Assembly: GCA_050246315.1 (NCBI GenBank)
Contig: JBFWWG010000001.1
Coordinates: forward strand, 320,001 to 384,000
Direction of reading: 5' to 3'
Length of the DNA: 64,000 nt
DNA from: Nitrospiraceae bacterium
GTDB lineage: Bacteria > Nitrospirota > Nitrospiria > Nitrospirales > Nitrospiraceae
Shown: positions 41,822 to 51,824 of the stretch, piece after piece
Position numbering within the stretch: position 1 is the first letter of the stretch
Layout: each line of letters begins with the position of its first letter
Notes under the pieces: model-generated
Seen by the model: only the letters and a program-made list of their open reading frames with translations
Database searches by the model: none
Told to the model about the DNA's origin: nothing
Position numbers and translations under genes: made by a program

Positions 41822-44610
41822 CACGTATTCTCCCGTGAGGCGGGTGACGTGCGCCGGGCCAGCCCAAGAGCGGTCAACGTCAGCAGCGTCGTCCCGAGCA
41901 CCGCCAGGAACACGCCCAGGTCGAAGGCCAGAGCGGTGGCGAGAGGCACGTCCCCAATGAGCGGCACCTGCCAGTGGTGGGTCGCGCTCGTAAGAAAGGG
42001 CGCACCGACGATCACGCTCGCGAGCCCCGTCAGTCCGGCCAAGAGGACGCCGGCCCCGATCAGGGCCGCGAAGTCGATCCGCAGGCGGGCAAGCATTGGA
42101 GAGAGACCCTCCCCCATGCACTGCATGACGATCGCGAGCGCGGCGATGAGCCCCGCGAGGAATCCGCCTCCCGGCAGATTGTGGCCGCGCAGGAACAGAT
42201 AGACGGCCACCAACAGTGCGAACGGGAGCAGTACTCGTGCCGCCGCCGCGAACATGATGCCGTTCGTCTGCGGCTTGGAAGCGAGCGACGGCTTTTCGGC
42301 ACGCAACCCGGCCATGAGCATCCATACTCCGATTGCAGCCATCCCCAGCACGCTGATTTCACCGAAGGTATCGAAGCCTCGGAAGTCGACGAGCAGCACG
42401 TTCACGACGTTGTTGCCGCCGCCTCGTGGCACGCTGTTCTCCAGAAAGTACCAGGCGATCGATTCCTGCCCGCGCCCCAGCACCGCCCATGACAAGCTCG
42501 CCACGAGGGCGCCCGCGCCCACCGCCAAGGCGGCGTCGCGCATTTTCCGCCAGGCTGTCGATTCCGGCGGGGTGGACTGCGGCAGGAGCGCGAGCGCCAT
42601 GAGCAGCACCAGGGTGGTGACGACCTCGACGGCGAGCTGCGTCAATGAGAGGTCGGGAGCGGAGAAATAGGCGAAAGCGATCGACGCGGCAAGCCCGACG
42701 ACACCGGTCAGTATGACCGCGATGACTCTCGTGCGATGTGACCATACGGCGCCGAGAGCGCCGGCCATCGCCGCTCCCCAGACCGCGGCGCCGAGCGGCG
42801 CCGGCGCCACCAGCGCACTGTTTCCCGCCTCAAACCCCTGTTCGACGAACGGCCACACGCCAAGTCCGATGAACGTGGCGACGACCAGCGCGAGATAGCG
42901 CTGAAGCGAGCCATTCTGCAACCGGTTGGTGAAGCGGCCCGCGAGGGCCACGAACCCGTCATAGGCCTGTTGAAACAGCAGTCGGCCCGTATAGCGAACC
43001 GGCACGTGCAGGTGCAGCTCGTAACGATGCCGCAGCAGCCAATAGATCAGCCCGCCGCCGACAAGCGCGACCGCGCTCAGAATCAACGGCGGCGTGAAGC
43101 CGTGCCAGAGCGTGATGTGATAGGCGGGCAGCGCGTCGCCGACCACCGCTCGCGAGGCCACGTCCACCAGCGGGGCGACGGTATAGTTCGGCAAGACGCC
43201 GACCGCCAGGCACACGACCGCCAGGATTTCAGCCGGCACCCTCATATAACGGGGCGGCTTGTGCGGCCGGTGCGGAAGGTCATGCGGCTCGTCGAAGAAC
43301 ACATCGTGGATGAACCGCACGGAGTAGGCGACGCTGAACATCGAGCCGAGCGTGACGGCGGCCGGCGCGATGCCTTCCAACAGAGGCAGGTCGTGGAGAT
43401 CGAGCGCTTCGGCGAAGAACATCTCTTTGGAGAGAAACCCGTTGAAGAGCGGCACGCCGGCCATCGCCGACGCGGCCACGATGGCCAGCGTCGCGGTGTG
43501 CGGCATGTTGCGCCAGAGCCCGCCCAATCGCCGCATGTCGCGAGTCCCGCATTCGTGATCGATGATACCGGCCGCCATGAAGAGCGATGCTTTGAAGGTC
43601 GCATGGTTGCCGGTGTGAAACACGGCGGCCAGCGAGGACATCGGCGTATCCAGGCCGATCAGGAACATGATGAGGCCAAGATGGCTGATGGTCGAATAGG
43701 CGAGCAGGCCCTTCAGGTCGTGCCGGAACATCGCCACATAGGCGCCGAATACCATCGTGACCAGGCCGACGGTGGTCGTTACGTATTCGAACACGAGGTT
43801 TCCGCCCAGCAGCGGATAGAGCCTCCCGAGCAGGAAGACGCCGGCTTTGACCATCGTGGCGGAGTGCAGATACGCCGACACGGGCGTGGGCGCGGCCATC
43901 GCCGCGGGCAGCCAGAAGTGAAACGGAAACTGCGCCGATTTGGTAAATACGCCCACCAGGATCAGCGCAAGCGCGATGTTGAAACGAGGATGATCCCGGA
44001 TCATCTCGCGGGCCGCGAACCAGTCAGAGAGCTCGAAGCTCCCGGCGATGTGGCCGATAAGCAGCAGTCCGCCGAGCAAGGCAAGCCCCCCGCCCCCCGT
44101 GATGGCGAAGGCCATGCGCGCACCCTGTCTGGCGAGGGGGCTGTGGGTCCAGAAGCCGATCAACAGAAAGGAGGAGAGGCTCGTCAGCTCCCAGAACATC
44201 ACGAGCATCAGCGCGTTCTCGGAGAGGATGATGCCCAACATCGCGGTCATGAACAGCATCAGCAGTGCATACAACCGGCCGATTCGATCCTGCGGAGACA
44301 GGTAATAGCGCGCATAGAGAATGATCAGCAGCCCGATGCCGAGAATGAGCAGCGCGAAGAGGAGGCCCAGCCCGTCGAGTCTGAGCGAGAGATTCAGACC
44401 CAGTTGCGGCAGCCATGCCCAACTCACGAGCACCCGTTCGCCCGTCAGGACGCCGGGCGCTTCACCGGCCAGCAGGGCGAAGCTGGCGGCAGTCGGCACG
44501 GCGGCGGCCCAGGCGGCGGCAGAGAAGCCCCAACGTTGCGCAAGGACTGTGCCGGCGGCGCCGGCCAGGAACGGCAAGAGTATGATGATCAGCAGGGTCA
44601 TGTCGCTCAT
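41821..44610 (-). CDS. mrpA: Mrp/Pha antiporter fused subunit A/B (group 2 operon)
   Basis: WELTSLSS, TKSAQFPFHFWLP, HSATMVKAG, DFRGFDT, GHNLPGGGF. Confidence 0.95.
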   Translation of the reverse strand: MSDMTLLIIILLPFLAGAAGTVLAQRWGFSAAAWAAAVPTAASFALLAGEAPGVLTGERVLVSWAWLPQLGLNLSLRLDGLGLLFALLILGIGLLIILYARYYLSPQDRIGRLYALLMLFMTAMLGIILSENALMLVMFWELTSLSSFLLIGFWTHSPLARQGARMAFAITGGGGLALLGGLLLIGHIAGSFELSDWFAAREMIRDHPRFNIALALILVGVFTKSAQFPFHFWLPAAMAAPTPVSAYLHSATMVKAGVFLLGRLYPLLGGNLVFEYVTTTVGLVTMVFGAYVAMFRHDLKGLLAYSTISHLGLIMFLIGLDTPMSSLAAVFHTGNHATFKASLFMAAGIIDHECGTRDMRRLGGLWRNMPHTATLAIVAASAMAGVPLFNGFLSKEMFFAEALDLHDLPLLEGIAPAAVTLGSMFSVAYSVRFIHDVFFDEPHDLPHRPHKPPRYMRVPAEILAVVCLAVGVLPNYTVAPLVDVASRAVVGDALPAYHITLWHGFTPPLILSAVALVGGGLIYWLLRHRYELHLHVPVRYTGRLLFQQAYDGFVALAGRFTNRLQNGSLQRYLALVVATFIGLGVWPFVEQGFEAGNSALVAPAPLGAAVWGAAMAGALGAVWSHRTRVIAVILTGVVGLAASIAFAYFSAPDLSLTQLAVEVVTTLVLLMALALLPQSTPPESTAWRKMRDAALAVGAGALVASLSWAVLGRGQESIAWYFLENSVPRGGGNNVVNVLLVDFRGFDTFGEISVLGMAAIGVWMLMAGLRAEKPSLASKPQTNGIMFAAAARVLLPFALLVAVYLFLRGHNLPGGGFLAGLIAALAIVMQCMGEGLSPMLARLRIDFAALIGAGVLLAGLTGLASVIVGAPFLTSATHHWQVPLIGDVPLATALAFDLGVFLAVLGTTLLTLTALGLARRTSPASRENT

Positions 44611-44897
44611 GCTCTGCAAGAACAATGGTCCAATGCGCCGGCTCAGAGCCGCTGCCGGCGCGAGTGTCTCTCACGATGAACGGGAAACTGCTTAAGCCGG
44701 ATGGAGAAGTCCGTACTTTAAACTATTCGGCGCGGCGTTTGAAAGCCCAGGAGGCCGATCGGCGTCTGAACGAAGCCGGCGACTTGTTCAACCCTTTGCG
44801 CACCGACAGGCCGGTTCCGACGCCGGTTGATACGCATGCCGGCCGCATGATATAGACTGAATTCGTCATCGAGCCGAACACGACTGACGATCGAACC

Positions 44898-44966
44898 ATG
44901 ACTCTCATTCTGCAGAGCATCGGCATGGGCAGGGCGGCGGCAATTAGGACCGCCAGCTCCGCCTGA
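44898..44966 (+). promoter_or_regulatory. Putative attenuator leader peptide MTLILQSIGMGRAAAIRTASSA
   Basis: 22-codon ORF with 3 Ile, 2 Leu and 2 Thr, just upstream of a terminator in the ilvA 5' region. Confidence 0.55.
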
Positions 44967-45008
44967 GCCTGCCTGCGTTCGAGAGCTTCCTCTACGCAAG
45001 CAAGAAGG

Positions 45009-45047
45009 CCCCTGGCGGAATCGACTCTGCCAGGGGTTTTTCATTTT
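45009..45047 (+). terminator. Intrinsic terminator in the 5' leader of threonine dehydratase
   Basis: CCCCTGGCGGA-atcgac-TCTGCCAGGGG followed by TTTTTCATTTT. Confidence 0.8.
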
Positions 45048-45102
45048 CAAGGAGGCGAGGAGATGCATCGCAGGACCGGGACGGAGACAGAGAGGGAAGT
45101 CC

Positions 45103-46311
45103 ATGGTGAATCTTGAACGCATCGAAGCGGCAGCCGCCCGGATCAAGCCGGCGATCTATGAATCCCCCCTGGTGCACTCGAAGACGCTTTCCCGCCTGAC
45201 CGGGAATGCGATCTACCTCAAGCTCGAAAACCTGCAGATGACGGGCTCGTTCAAGGAGCGCGGCGCGTTGAATCGCATCCTGACGATGACCGATGACGAA
45301 CGGCGGCGGGGAGTGATTGCGGCCTCGGCGGGCAATCATGGGCAAGGAATCGCGTATCACGCCGCCCGACGCGGTATTCAGGCTCAAATCTGGATGCCTC
45401 GCTCGACGCCGCTCATCAAGCTTTCCGCCACACGCGCCTACGGCGCGGACGTCGTCCTACACGGCGACAGCTACGACGAGGCCTGTGAGGCGGCCGTCGA
45501 GCGGAGCCTGCAGAGGAACGCGACGTTTGTCCATGCCTTCGATGACGACGAAGTGATCGCCGGGCAAGGGACCCTCGGCTTGGAAATCCTGGAGCAGAAT
45601 CCAACATTGGACGTGATGGTCGTGCCCGTCGGCGGGGGCGGGCTGATCGGGGGTGTCGCGTGCGCGGTAAAGGGGCGGAATCCGAAGGTCGAGGTCGTGG
45701 GAGTTCAAACGTCGCGATTGCCGTCGATGAAGGCCGCGCTGGAGCGCGCGGAACCGGTGAATCTGCCTGCGGAATCGACATTGGCGGACGGGATCGCCGT
45801 TCGAAAGGCGGGAACTCGCACCCTACCGTTGGTCCGGGAGTACGTCGATCAGATCGTGACGGTCGATGAGGATGAAATCGCGGCGGCGATCCTGATGTTG
45901 TTGGAGCGCGAGAAGACCTTGGCGGAAGGGGCCGGCGCCATCGCGCTCGCGGCTGTCCTGCAGGGGAGAATGGGTCATCGCGGCAAGAACATCGCGGTGC
46001 TCGTGTCCGGAGGCAACCTCGACGTGAACCTGCTGGCGCGAATCATCGAGCAAGGCATGGTCCGGGATGGGAGACGGTTGCGCCTGCGAGTGCGCCTTCC
46101 GGATTATCCAGGCGCGCTGGAAGGGCTGGCAGCGGTGATTGCAAAGGCAGGCGCCAACATCGTCGAGACCTCGTACAATCGCGCGCATTACGGCGTGAGT
46201 CTGAGCGAAGCGGCGATCGACATCACCATGGAAACCCGAGGGCGCGACCATGCCTCGGAACTGCTGGCGGCGCTCACGGGCTCGCGCTATGCATTCAGCC
46301 TCGTCGAATAG
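45103..46311 (+). CDS. ilvA: Threonine ammonia-lyase with C-terminal ACT domain
   Basis: KLENLQ.TGSFKERGA, SAGNH, VGGGGL, SGGN. Confidence 0.92.
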   Translation: MVNLERIEAAAARIKPAIYESPLVHSKTLSRLTGNAIYLKLENLQMTGSFKERGALNRILTMTDDERRRGVIAASAGNHGQGIAYHAARRGIQAQIWMPRSTPLIKLSATRAYGADVVLHGDSYDEACEAAVERSLQRNATFVHAFDDDEVIAGQGTLGLEILEQNPTLDVMVVPVGGGGLIGGVACAVKGRNPKVEVVGVQTSRLPSMKAALERAEPVNLPAESTLADGIAVRKAGTRTLPLVREYVDQIVTVDEDEIAAAILMLLEREKTLAEGAGAIALAAVLQGRMGHRGKNIAVLVSGGNLDVNLLARIIEQGMVRDGRRLRLRVRLPDYPGALEGLAAVIAKAGANIVETSYNRAHYGVSLSEAAIDITMETRGRDHASELLAALTGSRYAFSLVE

Positions 46312-46322
46312 GGGCCGGCGAG

Positions 46323-46976
46323 ATGGCTGTGGATCTTTTCGAAGGGCTCGGCGATGCGCCGCCGCAGAAGGAAGCGCTGCGGGCCGGCGCAATCGTCCTG
46401 CGCCGATTCGCGATACCGGACGACCAGGCCCTCTTGTCGGCGATTGAGGCTGTCGTGGCCAAGGCGCCATTCCGCCACATGATCACACCAGGCGGCTTTC
46501 GTATGTCCGTGGCGATAACCAACTGCGGGACACTCGGCTGGGTCACGGACGAAACCGGCTATCGCTACGAGGCCATACATCCCGAGAGCGGCCTCCCCTG
46601 GCCGCCGATGCCGGAGCGCTTTTTACAGCTTGCGACAGCCGCGGCTGCGGAGGCGGGTTATGCGAATTTCGTCCCTGACGCCTGCCTGATCAATCGCTAT
46701 GCGCCGGGAGCCAAGCTGTCGTTGCATCAAGACCGGAACGAGCGCGATTTGGACCAGCCGATCGTATCCGTGTCGCTTGGTCTTCCAGCGGTGTTTTTGT
46801 TCGGCGGGAGGAGGCGAGCGGACGCACCGCTTCGCGTGCGGCTGACCCACGGCGACGTGGTCGTGTGGGGCGGACCGGCCAGGCTCAGTTACCACGGTGT
46901 GCTGCCGCTCACGGAAGGCCATCACCCCTTGGTCGGCAGCCGTCGGATCAACTTGACCTTCCGCAAGGCCGGGTAA
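46323..46976 (+). CDS. alkB: DNA oxidative demethylase AlkB
   Basis: TPGG..MSV, DACLINRY, LHQD, HGV, RINLTFR. Confidence 0.95.
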   Translation: MAVDLFEGLGDAPPQKEALRAGAIVLRRFAIPDDQALLSAIEAVVAKAPFRHMITPGGFRMSVAITNCGTLGWVTDETGYRYEAIHPESGLPWPPMPERFLQLATAAAAEAGYANFVPDACLINRYAPGAKLSLHQDRNERDLDQPIVSVSLGLPAVFLFGGRRRADAPLRVRLTHGDVVVWGGPARLSYHGVLPLTEGHHPLVGSRRINLTFRKAG

Positions 46977-47150
46977 CCCGCCCCATTCAAGAGAGTCGGC
47001 GACGAACCTGCTGCGACGCCTCGCGTTGGACCCATTGCACGTTCGACCCCTTGCACGAAGCAACCCGCAACGGGTCCGCTGCGGCGTATCGGCCTGCCTG
47101 TCGGCAGACAGGCGGTTGTACGCGCTGATGAATGGAGTCATGCGGGCTAG
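46974..47150. repeat. MITE-like intergenic element between convergent genes
   Basis: Imperfect inverted ends TAACCCGC..CCATTCA and TGAATGG..GCGGGCTAG; internal CCTGCCTGTCGGCAGACAGG hairpin. Confidence 0.5.
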
Positions 47151-47635
47151 GGAGCAGCGGCAGGCGACGAAACGCGAGTGAGACTGGCATCTCCGGTTTT
47201 CGTGTTCTCGATGAGGAACTGAGTCGCGTCACCGCCCAGGGTCGTGATCTCACCGTTCCCACGCGCTGAATAGGTAAGGACACCGCCCGATATCTTGACC
47301 GAGTCAGGAAGGTTTCGCGTGGGAACGGCGCCGGTTGGGAGGTACCCGGGAGACACATCGAATTGGAATTCCATCCCGGTGCTGTTGCTGACTTTCCCGG
47401 AGATCAATGTGAAGGAGTCCGTTCCGGCAGCGCCCGAGTCCGCCATGAAATCGGTGATGTCAAATGTTCCTGAACCCGGTGCCTGTTCGGCACCAACGGT
47501 AAAGGACCCTGAGACCGTATAGCGGCCGGCCGTGCCGGAGAAGCTGTACTGCTCCCCGGCGATAAAGATCGCATAGGCAGTCTGCGCAGCGACCACCACG
47601 AGTATCACGATTATGGCTTGGACGATTCGATTCAT
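47147..47635 (-). CDS. Exported hypothetical protein
   Basis: Signal peptide ending AYA; Gly/Ser/Thr-rich beta-type sequence; GAGG RBS. Confidence 0.7.
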   Translation of the reverse strand: MNRIVQAIIVILVVVAAQTAYAIFIAGEQYSFSGTAGRYTVSGSFTVGAEQAPGSGTFDITDFMADSGAAGTDSFTLISGKVSNSTGMEFQFDVSPGYLPTGAVPTRNLPDSVKISGGVLTYSARGNGEITTLGGDATQFLIENTKTGDASLTRVSSPAAAP

Positions 47636-47765
47636 AGAGGACCTCCATACTACTTCTCGGGTCTGTCAGATTGGCGTCTGTATATTGGGGTCTGGCATGA
47701 GTATTGACTAAAATGGGTCTGCCCCCTTAACTCCTCTTCCGTCCCACTCGCCCATGGCTTTGGTC

Positions 47766-47844
47766 GGCTCACGACTCAGTTCACCGGGTCGGAACGGCAA
47801 CCGCGGAGGCGCCATTGCGGCTCCGGTGCAACTGATGGTTAGCT
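47766..47844 (-). mobile_element. Degenerate integron attC site
   Basis: Minus strand reads AGCTAAC-N5-GTTGCACC...GGTGAAC-N6-GTGAGCC; L boxes pair with one bulged base; R' has GTG instead of GTT; overlaps the gene stop. Confidence 0.7.
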
Positions 47845-48521
47845 GCCCGGAGCAAGCGCAGGATGCGCAGAACCTCTAAAGTCGGTTGGCTCGGCCTCGC
47901 CTCTCTTCCGCGCCCTCTCTCGAGCAATCTCATGATTCATGTCTGCCGGAATGAAGGTGACCGCCTTTCCGGCTTGACGTGCTGCGAGCATCTCCTCTCT
48001 GGTGACATCGCCTCCGCCAATGACAACGAATGACGTGCCGGTTTCAACCATCGCCGCAGAGGCGGGCGAGAGATGATTGCTTCCAGGAAGCCTCCCTCCC
48101 CAGGTACTGTCCTTGACAAAAAAACGTAGTCAACGCACTTTGAGAGTGCAACGCGCTCGTCGCGGGCGAGGGTGGAAACAATGCCCATTGTTGTGAAGCC
48201 CTTTCGCTTCGCGATCTCGTAAACTGCACCGATGCCCTCTGCGGTCGCACCGATATTAATCAGTGCTCTTGCGGGGTCTTGCTTGTCGAGGACGCGTGAA
48301 GCGTGCTCCGTCAACACTTGTGGGTTCTCGTACTGTGCGCCAGAATAGCCAGCGAAGGTCAGCACCGTCATCTGTTTGGTGTGGATAAACGCCTTGATCG
48401 ACGCGAGTGTAGCTTCGCGTACTTCGCGCGGCCCATCGCAGGCGTTGGCCGCGCCCGAGGTCAGGGCCAAACAGCACGTGAGCAGCACTGCATGGTGGAC
48501 CATAGAAGCGTGGCTAAACAT
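47839..48521 (-). pseudogene. Frameshifted exported SLOG/LOG-like Rossmann protein (gene cassette)
   Basis: Two ORF halves join if one T is added to the T7 run at 48118-48124 (DYVFFVKDSTWGG); GATAEGIG and IGGG motifs. Confidence 0.65.
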
Positions 48522-48957
48522 AACGACATCCTCCTGGACACCTAACGGAGCGGGGGGTGAGCCGCTGCGCCGGCACCTATCACACGCTGCACAATTCCCC
48601 ACTTGAGGCTGTTCTGCCGATCGTTCAGGTACGTGTCATGTGTCAGGCTCATGAACACACGTCGCTTTATAGCCATGGTAAGGACCTCAGATCTGTGTAA
48701 GGGGTACAGCCCGCAAATCTGATGAAGTCTCTATCGCCGCCCAACTATCAAGTGAGCCGCAACGTGTCGTGCCTTCTGGCGGCCTATCTCGTGTCGTTCC
48801 TCATCCTGAACCGCCCAAAATCTGCCGCATTTTCGGTGAAATCCATGAGGGTGTCAATTTGATCGGTTCCAGGTGACCCTGCCTGCCCGACGGCCTATCG
48901 GCGGTTGCAGAAGAAGTCCCCGTGAATAATGCGCGGTTAGTGTAGCGTCGCAGAAGT

Positions 48958-49035
48958 CCGTTCGTGGTGAGCCTGTCGAACCATGAACGAAACTGCTTAA
49001 GCCCGGGCGCTCTTCGACCGGCTCAGGGCGAACGG
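48958..49035. repeat. REP-like inverted repeat pair
   Basis: CCGTTCGTGGTGAGCCTGTCGAA ... TTCGACCGGCTCAGGGCGAACGG. Confidence 0.7.
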
Positions 49036-49064
49036 ATTGTCATGAGAGCTGGAGGGACACGACA

Positions 49065-50192
49065 CTACGGCTTTCCGTAGCTGATTCGATAAATCACGCC
49101 GGCTAAGTCGTCGGAGACCAGCAGGGCTCCGTCCGGCATGACAAGGACATCGACGGGCCGGCCCCATGCCGTTTGTCCCTGAAGCCAACCCTCTGCAAAC
49201 ACCGAATAGGCAAGTTGTCCCTGCTCATCTCGCGACACCAGCGTGAGCCGGTAGCCGATTTTCTCGCTCCGATTCCAGGAGCCATGCTCGGCAATGAAAA
49301 TCTGGTTTCGGTATTCCGGGGGGAACATGGCGCCGGTATAAAACCGCATGCCCAGGGAAGCGACATGGGGACCGAGCGTGACGGCCGGCGGCGTGAATTC
49401 ACGGCAGGCGCGCTTGTGGCCGTACTCCGGATCAGAGATCGTGCCGCCATGGCAATAGGGATAGCCGAAGTGCAACCCCGGCTTCGGCGCATGATTGAGC
49501 TCATCCGGCGGCTGATTATCGCCGAGATGATCGCGACCGTTGTCCGTGAACCACAAGTCCTTGGTCTGCGGATCCCAATCGAATCCAACCGAGTTCCGCA
49601 CTCCTCGCGCGACAACCTCGTACCCGCTGCCATCCGGGTTCACGCGCGCGATCAAGGCATAGCGGTCCGGGTCAGGCTCGCAGATATTGCACGGCGCTCC
49701 GACCGGCACGTACAGCTTCCCGTCCGGACCGAAGGCGATGAACTTCCACCCATGGGATCTGTCCTTCGGAAAGCCATCCGTGACGACCACCGGAGGCGGC
49801 GGCTTCGTCAGCTGCTCTTCAATCTGATCGAATCGCAAGATACGATCCACGGCGGAGACGTACAAAGAACCGTTCCGGTAGGCGACCCCCACGGGCATGC
49901 GCAGGTCGCCCGCGATCGTCAGCACCGTCTCGGCACGCTGGTCTCCGTCTTTATCGACGACGGCATAGACCTCGCCCTTGTCTCTGGAGCCGACAAACAG
50001 GGTGCCGTTTCGCCCCAGCGCCATCCCACGCGCGTTCGGAACGTGGTCCGCGTAAACCGTGATGGCAAAACCAGGTGGGAGCTTGATCTTGTCCAACGGG
50101 AGCGCTCCCGCTTCGATCCGGTGAGTGGCGAAGATCAGAAACAGAGAGGAGCAACCCAGCAGCACAAGACGACTGATCGTGCGATGACTCAT
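49065..50192 (-). CDS. PQQ-dependent sugar/sorbosone dehydrogenase (soluble beta-propeller)
   Basis: Signal peptide; FGPDGKLYV..G.PCN, GVRNSVGFDW, HGSWNRS, GRPVDV..DGALLVSDD. Confidence 0.9.
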   Translation of the reverse strand: MSHRTISRLVLLGCSSLFLIFATHRIEAGALPLDKIKLPPGFAITVYADHVPNARGMALGRNGTLFVGSRDKGEVYAVVDKDGDQRAETVLTIAGDLRMPVGVAYRNGSLYVSAVDRILRFDQIEEQLTKPPPPVVVTDGFPKDRSHGWKFIAFGPDGKLYVPVGAPCNICEPDPDRYALIARVNPDGSGYEVVARGVRNSVGFDWDPQTKDLWFTDNGRDHLGDNQPPDELNHAPKPGLHFGYPYCHGGTISDPEYGHKRACREFTPPAVTLGPHVASLGMRFYTGAMFPPEYRNQIFIAEHGSWNRSEKIGYRLTLVSRDEQGQLAYSVFAEGWLQGQTAWGRPVDVLVMPDGALLVSDDLAGVIYRISYGKP

Positions 50193-50208
50193 GGGATTCC
50201 TCCCCCGT

Positions 50209-50724
50209 TTACTTCTTCATGGACAGAGTGAACAACCACTGCCCGATGATTCCCATGATCGGAGGGAGGAACAGCGCCGGCACACATCGGGCAAGGGTCA
50301 AGCGCCAACCCAGCAGCGGCGCCTCGTAGGTGAACATTCGAATGGGGCCCACCAGGATCTTCGCCGTAATCAGAGCGATCACGACACCGGGGGCCGCTCC
50401 GGTCTTCAAGAGATTCGCGGCAACGGGAAAAAGGAGATAGGGCCCTCCTGGAATGATCAGGCCGGCCATCCAGCCGGCGAGGATACCTCTCATGGAAGAC
50501 TCGGTCCCCAGCCATGCGGCGATCTCGGCTGGAGAGATGAGCACATCGAGAAGCCCCGCGATCAGGAAGCCCAGCAGTAATTCCACCCAGACGTTCCCGA
50601 ACAGCCGGCCCGCCGCATAGAGCCCCTGCACCGGTAAAGCAGGGCTCTTCACGAAAGCGACGACACAGGCCAGAACAACCAGCGTGAGTAAGATAATCAG
50701 ACTCGCATCCATACGTCGGCTCAT
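50209..50724 (-). CDS. Predicted permease (DUF318-like half transporter)
   Basis: Hydrophobic; WLG.ES..RG, PGGPY..FP; start overlaps the pqqE stop. Confidence 0.75.
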   Translation of the reverse strand: MSRRMDASLIILLTLVVLACVVAFVKSPALPVQGLYAAGRLFGNVWVELLLGFLIAGLLDVLISPAEIAAWLGTESSMRGILAGWMAGLIIPGGPYLLFPVAANLLKTGAAPGVVIALITAKILVGPIRMFTYEAPLLGWRLTLARCVPALFLPPIMGIIGQWLFTLSMKK

Positions 50725-51824
50725 GGTGAATAAGACCTTCGACCGGTTCGGTATTCGAACAGGAGCGGCACACCGGCCGCCAGACTCGCTTGGCCTCGGG
50801 CTGATTCAATCTGCGCATGATGGGGGGAAAGCGCGCAAGCAGGATCGGTCGCGCCGGCGTTTCCCGCCACGTGAAAGGCCTGACAGCGACAGCCGCCAAA
50901 GTCGATCGTTCGGCGTTCACAGGTTCGGCAAGGATTCGGCAACCATCCCTCGCCGCGAAACTGATTGAAGCCGGTGGAGTGGTGCCAAATATCTTCGAGG
51001 CGGCGCTGCGTGACATTGTCAAAATGCAATCTCGGCAATGTCTGCGCGAGATGACAGGGGAGTGCGAGCCCTTCAGGATTTATCACCATGAACCGGCGGC
51101 CCCATCCCTCCATACAAGACTTGGGGTACCTCGAATAATAGTCGGGCGTGACGAAGAGTACGTCCATGGTTCCTCGGAGGCGCACCCTGGCATCAAGCGC
51201 AATGGTTCGCGCCCGTTCGATTTGCTCGCCGGTGGGAAGGAGCGCGACGCGGTTCTTGAGAGCCCACCCGAGATATTGCGCATTCGCCAGCTCAAGCCGG
51301 TCGGCGGACACCAGCTCGGCCAGAGCGATCAGGTCCGCGACTTCGTCGATGTTGTCTCGATGGAGCACGACGTTCAGGGTCAGCGGAAGTTCGAGCGCGT
51401 TGACCCACCGCATGACTTCGAGCTTTCGGTTGAAGGATGGTGCTCCGGCGATGCGGTCCGATTCCGATTGCCTCGTGCTCTGGATGGAGACTTGCACGCT
51501 GTTGAGGCAACTGGCCTTGAGGCGAGACAGCCGCTCGAAGGTCAGCGGGATGCCGCTCGTGATCAGGTTGGTATAGAGATCGAGCCGGCTCGCCCCTTCT
51601 ATCAGCCGTTCGAGGTCATCCCTCAACAGCGGTTCGCCTCCTGTCAGGTTAAGCTGGACCACACCGAGCGCTTCCGCCTCTTGAAAGACTCGGAGCCATG
51701 TGCCGGTATCGAGCTCGACCCCGCGGCCCGCGAAATCGAGCGGGTTCGAACAATAGGGGCACCGCAACGGACAACGGTAGGTGAGCTCGGCGATTAAGGT
51801 ATAGGGGCGATACTCGTCGTTCAT
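50721..51824 (-). CDS. pqqE: PQQ biosynthesis radical SAM enzyme
   Basis: ELTYRCPLRCPYCSNP, CM.GWG, DFGGCRCQA. Confidence 0.96.
   Translation of the reverse strand: MNDEYRPYTLIAELTYRCPLRCPYCSNPLDFAGRGVELDTGTWLRVFQEAEALGVVQLNLTGGEPLLRDDLERLIEGASRLDLYTNLITSGIPLTFERLSRLKASCLNSVQVSIQSTRQSESDRIAGAPSFNRKLEVMRWVNALELPLTLNVVLHRDNIDEVADLIALAELVSADRLELANAQYLGWALKNRVALLPTGEQIERARTIALDARVRLRGTMDVLFVTPDYYSRYPKSCMEGWGRRFMVINPEGLALPCHLAQTLPRLHFDNVTQRRLEDIWHHSTGFNQFRGEGWLPNPCRTCERRTIDFGGCRCQAFHVAGNAGATDPACALSPHHAQIESARGQASLAAGVPLLFEYRTGRRSYSP

Noticed and set aside
44611..44897. Na+/Li+ riboswitch upstream of mrpA (or upstream of the CPA1 gene)
   Set aside because: No recognisable consensus by eye; an Rfam/Infernal scan would be needed.
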